Shown: positions 57,678-64,000 of the stretch, one piece after another
Layout: every line of letters begins with the position of its first letter
How positions within the stretch are numbered: position 1 is the stretch's first letter
Source of the DNA: Candidatus Curtissbacteria bacterium RIFOXYA1_FULL_41_14
GTDB taxonomy: Bacteria > Patescibacteriota > Microgenomatia > Curtissbacterales > GWA2-41-24
Length of the DNA stretch: 64,000 nt
NCBI GenBank assembly: GCA_001775095.1
Contig: MFCA01000025.1
Span: 116,075-180,074, forward strand
Reading direction: 5' to 3'
The notes under the pieces: model-generated
What the model was told of the DNA's origin: nothing
Databases searched by the model: none
Seen by the model: the letters and a program-made list of their open reading frames with translations, nothing else
Translations under genes and position numbers: made by a program

Positions 57678-60600
57678 TTTGATGGCCCCGCTTCTTCAAT
57701 TTCCATTGCGCTTTCACTTCTTGCGATTTCTGAATTTTCAGCAACCACTTGCGCTCCGGCAATCTGGGCAAACTCCTGCGCGCGTTTTGATTCCTCTTCG
57801 GTCCGCGGCTCAACTTTTGCCTCCTCGATAGTCCTGGCACCAATTGTGCTGACATTGAGGCTAAGACTGTTTAATTCCTTAACTAACACCTTAAATGATT
57901 CCGGTATTAATGCTTGGGGTATTTCTTCACCTTTAATAATGGCTTCGAAAGCTTTGGCTCTGCCCACAATATCATCTGATTTAATCGTGAGCATTTCCTG
58001 CAGTGTATAGGCTGAGCCGTAAGCTTCCAGTGCCCAAACTTCCATCTCCCCAAGCCTTTGACCACCCATTTGGGCTTTTCCTCCCAAAGGCTGCTGAGTA
58101 ATTAGAGAATAGGGGCCTGTTGATCTCGCATGGGTTTTATCCTCTACCATGTGAATTAACTTCATAATGTAGGCGTTGCCGACAACAATTGGCCTGTCAA
58201 ACGGCAAACCGGTTCTGCCATCATAAAGGGTAATCCGGCCATCATTCGGCAGATTAGCCTTTACTAGCTCCCTAATAATTCTTTCCTCTTGGACATGTTC
58301 AAAAACCGGCAGGGCAACCTTGTAGCCCAATTCATAAGCAGCCCATCCAAGATGAGCCTCCAAAAGCTGTCCTAAATTCATTCTTGATAGTACTGATAGA
58401 GAGCTAATAATAATGTCAATTGGTGTACCGTCTGCAAGATAAGGCATGTCAGATGTAGGAACAATTTTTGAGATAACTCCTTTATTGCCATGGCGTCCGG
58501 CCAGTTTGTCGCCGACAACGACCTTGCGCATCTGAGCAACTTTGACAATTATTTTTGTAAGTGCTCCGTGTTCAAGTTCGTCGCCTTTCTCATGCGAAAG
58601 AACCTTAACGTCAATAACTGTTCCTTTTTCGCCGTGAGGTACACGAAGCGAGGTATCCCTAACTTCACGAGCCTTCTCACCAAAGATCGTCCGAAGCAGT
58701 CTTTCTTCGGCAGTCAATTCAGTTTCACCCTTCGGAGCAATCTTGCCGACTAAAATATCATTCGGTCCAACTTCAGCACCGACAACGACAATACCCTTTT
58801 CGTCCAGTTTCGACAGGTCTTCCTCGGAGACATTGGGAATATCGCGGGTTGTTTCTTCCGGTCCCAGCTTAGTTTCGACAACTGTGGTCTCATATTCTTC
58901 GATATGAATTGAGGTTAAAACATCTTCTTTGAAGAGCCTATCGGAAATAACAATGGCATCTTCATAACCCAAGCCGTCAAAACTCATATAGGCGATAGTT
59001 AGATTTTGTCCGAGCGCCAGTTCACCATTATCGGTTGTCGAACCATCGATAAGAATTTCTCCCCTTTTCACCTTTTGACCCCTAACCACTTTTGGCCTTT
59101 GGGAATAGCAGGTGCTTTGGGGGGATCTGGTGAACTTTGCAAGCGGGAATGTTACCTCCTGGGATTTGCCGGGCGAGCCGGATTTATTTTTCAAAATAAT
59201 TTTTTTACTATCAACATAAATGACTTCCCCGTCAAAAGGTGAACGAACTACCCGTCCCATATTTGTACCAACTACCTCCTCCATACCGGTACCGATAAGT
59301 GGTGACTCGGGTTTGATAAGAGGAACTGCCTGACACTGCATGTGAGTGCCCATAAGTGCACGGTTAGTTTCATCGTGGGCTAAAAATGGAATTAAAGAGG
59401 CTGATGTCCCAACTACCTGTCTGGGAACAACATCAATAAAATTAACCATATCCCGGCTGGCGGTTGTAAATTCACCTTGATAACGAACCGGTACAACTTC
59501 ATCTTCAAAATAGCCTTTAGAATCAACTGGAATTTGTGCATGGGTAATATAATAATCCTCTTCATCATCGGCGGCTAAGTAAACAATTTCATCGGTAACT
59601 TTAGCCTTGCCATTTTTATCTTTGGAGACTTTACGATAAGGAGCTTCTAAAAAACCATATTCGTTAACCCGGCAGTAAAGGGCCATATAGGTAACGAGAC
59701 CAATGTTGGGTCCTTCCGGCGAACGGATCGGGCAAATCCTTGAGTACTGAGAATGGTTAATGTCTCGGATGGAAAAGGCCGCTCTTTCTCTAGCGATTCC
59801 TCCTGTACCCATGACTGTCAGTCGCCTGAGATTATCCAGTTCTGAAAGAGGGTTAGTTTGGTCTAAGATTGTTGAAAGCTGGCTGGATCTAAAAAATTCG
59901 TTAATTGCGGAAATAATTGGCCGCGCATTAATAAGAGAAGCTGGCGAAGGTACCGTATCTGCCGGTGTCAGGCTCATTCTCTCTTTAATAACTCTTTCGA
60001 GTCTTAGTATGCCGACCCTAAATGCATTTTGGGCGACTAATTCACCTACACGCCTGACTCTTCGATTGCCAAGATGGTCAATATCGTCAACCCGGCCGTT
60101 ACCCGCTATTAACTCAAAGAGATAAGCAATCGTAGCAACAAAATCAGATGGGGTAAGGATCTGGCTATCTTTGTCATTATCCCCAAGCGCCATTTTTTCC
60201 TTGATACTTGCCAGGCGCTTCTCCATTTTGTATCTGCCGACTCTACCTAAAGAGTATCGGCGGGGACTGAAAAACATATTTTCAATCAGGGCTTTGGCAT
60301 TATCAAGAATGACATGATCACCCGGACGCATCCTTCTGTAGATTTCCAGTAGTGCTTCTTCTTGAGAGGAAGTCGCATCCTTGGCGAAAGTGTTTTTCAG
60401 AAGTTGCTCGGTATATTCATTTTTTGCGAAGCTAAAAAGCTTAGCGATCTGGGCATCTTCGGAAAAACCGATGGCTCTTAAAAATGTGGTTACCGGGAAT
60501 TTTCTGCGCCTGTCGATTTTAACAGTGATAATATCGTTTTTGGTTATGGCAAACTCCAGCCATGAACCATGAAGGGGTCTTATCTCGCAGCTGTAGATCA

Positions 60601-61051
60601 TTTTACCGGTAGAAATATCGATCTCTCCTGAATAATAAACTCCGGGCGCCCTGACAAGCTGACTGACTACTGCTCTTTCAATTCCATTAACTACAAAAGA
60701 CCCTTTATCAAGCATCATCGGCAGATCACACAAGAATACTTCTTGGGTATTTTTACCGCCTGTCTGCTTATTAACAACTTGAGTTTCGAGCCTGAGAGGC
60801 ACATCGTAAGTGACACCTTTTTCTATGGCTTCTTCCGGAGTATATTTGGCTTTGCCGAAGCTATATTCACCAAAGGTCAGGATGAAGTTTTTACCGGTAA
60901 AATCTTCGATTGGGGAAACTTCGTTCAATATCTGGCGAATTCCGGTATTTAAAAATTCCTCGAATGACTCCCTCTGGACCCTAACTAAGTCTAGAGTAGG
61001 TAGGTTAATACTATCAAATTTTCCCCAGGAAATTCTGTTGGTCACTGGCAA
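57674..61051 (-). CDS. rpoB: DNA-directed RNA polymerase subunit beta
   Basis: Conserved beta-subunit blocks. 1125 aa. Overlaps the rpoC start. Confidence 0.95.
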   Translation of the reverse strand: MPVTNRISWGKFDSINLPTLDLVRVQRESFEEFLNTGIRQILNEVSPIEDFTGKNFILTFGEYSFGKAKYTPEEAIEKGVTYDVPLRLETQVVNKQTGGKNTQEVFLCDLPMMLDKGSFVVNGIERAVVSQLVRAPGVYYSGEIDISTGKMIYSCEIRPLHGSWLEFAITKNDIITVKIDRRRKFPVTTFLRAIGFSEDAQIAKLFSFAKNEYTEQLLKNTFAKDATSSQEEALLEIYRRMRPGDHVILDNAKALIENMFFSPRRYSLGRVGRYKMEKRLASIKEKMALGDNDKDSQILTPSDFVATIAYLFELIAGNGRVDDIDHLGNRRVRRVGELVAQNAFRVGILRLERVIKERMSLTPADTVPSPASLINARPIISAINEFFRSSQLSTILDQTNPLSELDNLRRLTVMGTGGIARERAAFSIRDINHSQYSRICPIRSPEGPNIGLVTYMALYCRVNEYGFLEAPYRKVSKDKNGKAKVTDEIVYLAADDEEDYYITHAQIPVDSKGYFEDEVVPVRYQGEFTTASRDMVNFIDVVPRQVVGTSASLIPFLAHDETNRALMGTHMQCQAVPLIKPESPLIGTGMEEVVGTNMGRVVRSPFDGEVIYVDSKKIILKNKSGSPGKSQEVTFPLAKFTRSPQSTCYSQRPKVVRGQKVKRGEILIDGSTTDNGELALGQNLTIAYMSFDGLGYEDAIVISDRLFKEDVLTSIHIEEYETTVVETKLGPEETTRDIPNVSEEDLSKLDEKGIVVVGAEVGPNDILVGKIAPKGETELTAEERLLRTIFGEKAREVRDTSLRVPHGEKGTVIDVKVLSHEKGDELEHGALTKIIVKVAQMRKVVVGDKLAGRHGNKGVISKIVPTSDMPYLADGTPIDIIISSLSVLSRMNLGQLLEAHLGWAAYELGYKVALPVFEHVQEERIIRELVKANLPNDGRITLYDGRTGLPFDRPIVVGNAYIMKLIHMVEDKTHARSTGPYSLITQQPLGGKAQMGGQRLGEMEVWALEAYGSAYTLQEMLTIKSDDIVGRAKAFEAIIKGEEIPQALIPESFKVLVKELNSLSLNVSTIGARTIEEAKVEPRTEEESKRAQEFAQIAGAQVVAENSEIARSESAMEIEEAGPSK

Positions 61052-61189
61052 TTAAAAATGAGACTTTCTTTAGAGGATCCCCTAAGACCAAAGGTCTTTC
61101 GAATCTAGTTGTAGGGATGATCCACAGGATTCTTTACAACAACAACAAGAAGGTACAAAAAATACCTCCTTGTTCAGGATTTGTCTAGT

Positions 61190-61225
61190 TTGATTTTATA
61201 CCACTTGGTGAATGCTTTGTCAACT
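61190..61225 (-). promoter_or_regulatory. sigma70-like promoter for rpoBC (TTGACA-17-TATAAA) with ~140-nt leader
   Basis: Minus strand: TTGACAAAGCATTCACCAAGTGGTATAAAATC. Confidence 0.5.
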
Positions 61226-61679
61226 AAGATGATTCGGGAGGTCGTAGGTTATTCAAGATCCAATCAGGTATGATGACAGGTTTTCCATCTCTATTTACCA
61301 ATGCCACACCAACAATAGCTTCAACTAGATCTTGTCCATCTATATTAATGGTCTGATGGAAAGACAACAGTGCCGGACGGCTAAGAAATATTCGCGAGGT
61401 AACTTCTACTTCAGCACCTTTGGCAATCTGCCCACTGTATCTTACAGAAATTTCATAAACAAAACCCCACAACCCATGTTCCTCAGCCATCATTTTTGCA
61501 GGCATACCGTGTTCTTCAAAAATATGGGTTCTCACTTTCTCAAACAGTTTAAGTGAACCGGTATGATGTAGGTGTTGTCCGTAAGGGTCAATATTTGTTT
61601 CTATGGTATATTTCTCTGTCGATTCCACCAATAGTTCTTTTTGTTCTAGTTCTGCTAGACGCTCTTTTATACTGCTCAT
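61224..61679 (-). CDS. acyl-CoA thioesterase (4HBT/YbgC hotdog family)
   Basis: Hotdog-fold hallmarks 'DPYGQHLHHTGSLKLFE' and 'GLWGFVYEISVRY'. Start trimmed to 'MSSIKERL'. Confidence 0.6.
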   Translation of the reverse strand: MSSIKERLAELEQKELLVESTEKYTIETNIDPYGQHLHHTGSLKLFEKVRTHIFEEHGMPAKMMAEEHGLWGFVYEISVRYSGQIAKGAEVEVTSRIFLSRPALLSFHQTINIDGQDLVEAIVGVALVNRDGKPVIIPDWILNNLRPPESS

Positions 61680-61745
61680 GGGAGATAATTCTAGCAGCAT
61701 CGCAAGATTTTGACTAATCTGCCAATTTTCTGCTAAAGTTCGACT

Positions 61746-62060
61746 ATGACAGATAGAGATCATGGCTGTAGTCCAAACGAACCGGTAGTATTATTCGCAC
61801 CAGTAGAAAGCAGGGTTCACAGTGACGGAACAGAACACGTAATTATTCGATCTTATACGCTTGCAAATGATGAGCAAACAGCAGTGAAAGCAACAGAAGA
61901 ATTTAGACAAATAATGGGTCTACGGAAACTAACAACCCGGGAACGGAGATCACTGCACGTACTTTCTTCTGAAAAGTGGACTTCTCCTTGGGACCCTCCG
62001 CACAAACCGATTAATCACCAATCTTCAAAAGATCCCCACTCTAATAATCTAGATAATTAG
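61746..62060 (+). CDS. hypothetical protein (low confidence)
   Basis: 104-aa ORF, the only plus-strand ORF in a minus-strand block. No motifs. Confidence 0.25.
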   Translation: MTDRDHGCSPNEPVVLFAPVESRVHSDGTEHVIIRSYTLANDEQTAVKATEEFRQIMGLRKLTTRERRSLHVLSSEKWTSPWDPPHKPINHQSSKDPHSNNLDN

Positions 62061-62157
62061 AGTTTTTAGGCGAAGAGTCTGGTATGTTATGATAGCAAAT
62101 TGGAACCAATTGTACTCCGGATTATGGGAAGGGGACAACAAAGAGGAAAAATGGGGA

Positions 62158-63273
62158 TTAGGGAGTAGCGGATGTTGTGGCTGATGCGGTTGATTCGGAG
62201 GGCTGGGCTGAAGGTGTTGCAGGTTGCGCCGAAGGTGTGGATTCTTGTTCTGGTGTTGGAGAAGGGACGGGAATGTCAACATCCAAATTCTTAAATTCTT
62301 CAAGCACTTTTGCCTCTAAATCCGGTAATTTAGCAAAACCTATGGCTGACTCTGACTCAACAACAAATCTATTGGCTAATTCCTGAATTCCTTCATTCAA
62401 TTTTTTAGTTCTTTTTCCAAAAGCACTGATGAGTTCCAGCCCAGCCTGATCATTCCGTTGTTCAAAAAGCAAAGCTGCCTCTCTATAAGACTGGCCGAGA
62501 TCTTGAAAATATTGGATTCTTGATTTGATCTGAACTTCCTCTAGCGAATCGGTATTGCTTATAAGCTCTGTTCTTGCTTTTGCTGCAAATGCTTCATCGG
62601 ATATTTTCCTCAGTAGGCTAATATATTCAATTCTTTCAACATCCCCTACTATTGCTTCTTGTTTTATAAGTAAATCGTACAATTCCTGTCCGTGGGCATC
62701 TATTTCTTTAAGCTGAAGGTTTTCCTGCTCCAGTAAATTTTCAAGAGTTACCTTCAAGGTCGAATAATAGTCTTGGAGGGCGGTTGCTAATTTTTCTACC
62801 TTTTGCGGTTTTTCCAAGTTTTCAATTTGTGCTTTGGCTTCTTTAACTTTGGGGAGAACTGTGGATATATCATTGATATCCTCCTGCGTATCTTTTTTTG
62901 TGTAGTTGTAATCCTTAGTGGTTTTGGTAATTTCAGTAAAGGCAGCTTTGGCCAAGGTGCCTTCTTCCTTAATTTTTTGAAAATTGGCAAAAACCGTGTC
63001 GACCTCACCATTTATCTGGGAAAAGCTGGCACTAGTTTTTTCAATAAATTCTTTTGCGGCGGCCTCTGGCACCCACCAGAAAAAATAACCGGAGGAAAGA
63101 GTAAGAATAAGCAATAATGATACCGCCGATATAAGTAGTGTCTTAAATTTGAATCTTTTCGGGGATACGGGTTGATCTTGAGGAAGAGATTCTGCGGTTG
63201 GTTCTTGGGTGTTTATAGATTGGGGATCAAAGGTTTGTATGGGTTGTGGCGGTTGATTCTGGACAGGTTCCAT
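62158..63273 (-). CDS. hypothetical membrane-anchored protein with coiled-coil middle and Pro/Thr/Ser-rich C-terminus
   Basis: Single N-terminal TM ('LLISAVSLLLILTLSSGYFFWW'). 371 aa. Confidence 0.5.
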   Translation of the reverse strand: MEPVQNQPPQPIQTFDPQSINTQEPTAESLPQDQPVSPKRFKFKTLLISAVSLLLILTLSSGYFFWWVPEAAAKEFIEKTSASFSQINGEVDTVFANFQKIKEEGTLAKAAFTEITKTTKDYNYTKKDTQEDINDISTVLPKVKEAKAQIENLEKPQKVEKLATALQDYYSTLKVTLENLLEQENLQLKEIDAHGQELYDLLIKQEAIVGDVERIEYISLLRKISDEAFAAKARTELISNTDSLEEVQIKSRIQYFQDLGQSYREAALLFEQRNDQAGLELISAFGKRTKKLNEGIQELANRFVVESESAIGFAKLPDLEAKVLEEFKNLDVDIPVPSPTPEQESTPSAQPATPSAQPSESTASATTSATP

Positions 63274-63276
63274 TTG

Positions 63277-63999
63277 TTAGAGGAAATCTTGGATGTTTTG
63301 GTTGTGTTCTTCGGCGGTTGTGGCGTAGTGGACTTTGCCCTCGGCGTCATGCAGGTAATAGAAATATTCGGTTTGAGCCGGTTCGGCTGCTGCTTGGAGC
63401 GATTCTAAACCCGGATTGGCAATTGGTGCTGGCGGCAGACCTGGATAAAGATAAGTGTTGAAGCGGGATTTGACCGTTTCGTACTCGCTGGGTGTTACTT
63501 GTCCCCACCAAGTGTTTTCGTTTGAATCATAGCCTTTGGCGTACTGGATAGTGGCATCAACCTGCAGAGCCATACCAGTATTTAAGCGGTTAAGCAAAAT
63601 GCCGGCAATAATTGGTCTTTCCTGGGGAGACTTTGACTCGCGTTCCACAAGCGAGGCTAAAATTAAAACTTCTTCTTCTGTTAGACTGTTCTTTTCTCCT
63701 TTTGCAAGAAGTGTGTCTACTTTTTCGTCAAAAGTTTGGCGGAGTCTTTGGGCAACATCGGCAGCAGTTGCATCTTTGGCTACCAGGTAAGTATCCGGAA
63801 ACATATAGCCTTCTTGGGCTGTTTTTATGTACTGGCCTTTATCGAATTGATATTTTTCGTTTGAACCAAATTTAAGCTTTTCTTCCAAACGCGCCGCTTG
63901 CTCTTCTATACGCATGCCCTCAGGCAATGTAATCCAAACATCTATGGCGCCATGAGTTAGCTCTGTGGCGATTTCACGGGAAGTTTTATCGGGCGACAA
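63277..63999 (-). CDS. mltG: endolytic murein transglycosylase MltG (YceG-like), C-terminal portion; 5' end beyond the window
   Basis: YceG signature 'ERPIIAGILLNRLNTGMALQVDATIQY'. ORF runs to the window edge. Confidence 0.75.
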   Translation of the reverse strand: MSPDKTSREIATELTHGAIDVWITLPEGMRIEEQAARLEEKLKFGSNEKYQFDKGQYIKTAQEGYMFPDTYLVAKDATAADVAQRLRQTFDEKVDTLLAKGEKNSLTEEEVLILASLVERESKSPQERPIIAGILLNRLNTGMALQVDATIQYAKGYDSNENTWWGQVTPSEYETVKSRFNTYLYPGLPPAPIANPGLESLQAAAEPAQTEYFYYLHDAEGKVHYATTAEEHNQNIQDFL

Positions 64000-64000
64000 G

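Noticed and set aside
1-64000. Search for tmRNA, SRP RNA, rRNA and additional tRNAs
   Set aside because: No tag-peptide reading frame, no GGAAGGAAGCAGC SRP domain-IV motif, no rRNA-like stretches. Only one T-arm GGTTCAAGTCC match, the tRNA-Pro reported above.

Overview
This is a low-GC bacterial window dominated by core informational genes on the minus strand. The candidate for a novel system is a three-gene GC-richer islet inserted in the pur operon (3499..1991, minus): two hypothetical genes behind duplicated leaderless promoters plus a DEDDy 3'-5' exonuclease. The second unusual feature is several families of short GC-rich palindromic repeats inserted in frame into conserved genes (purL, miaA, a MiaB-like gene, rplD, possibly rpsL).

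Other content:
- A purine-biosynthesis operon: purN, purD, a purS-purL fusion, purQ and purM.
- RNase P RNA (rnpB) and one tRNA-Pro(GGG).
- miaA and an AI-2E-family transporter.
- Five consecutive polytopic membrane proteins, at least three with GT-C/GT39 'DE' motifs, next to dgkA and an ABC-2 exporter.
- hup, rny, recX and recA.
- A contiguous ribosomal super-operon: rpoB-rpoC-rpsL-rpsG-(small ORF)-fusA-tuf-S10-spc-alpha-L13/S9.
- A thioesterase and the 3' part of mltG at the right edge.

The organism looks CPR/Patescibacteria-like: no L30 between S5 and L15, long r-protein extensions, no L10/L7-L12 upstream of rpoB. This is inference only.

Further signals:
- Copies of the widespread 'GTCATTCTGAG...CTCAGGATGAC' miniature palindromic repeat.
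- A/T-rich heptamer tandem arrays in the intercistronic spaces of the ribosomal operon and upstream of purD.
- Clustered ATGCGAAT motifs at the hup promoter.
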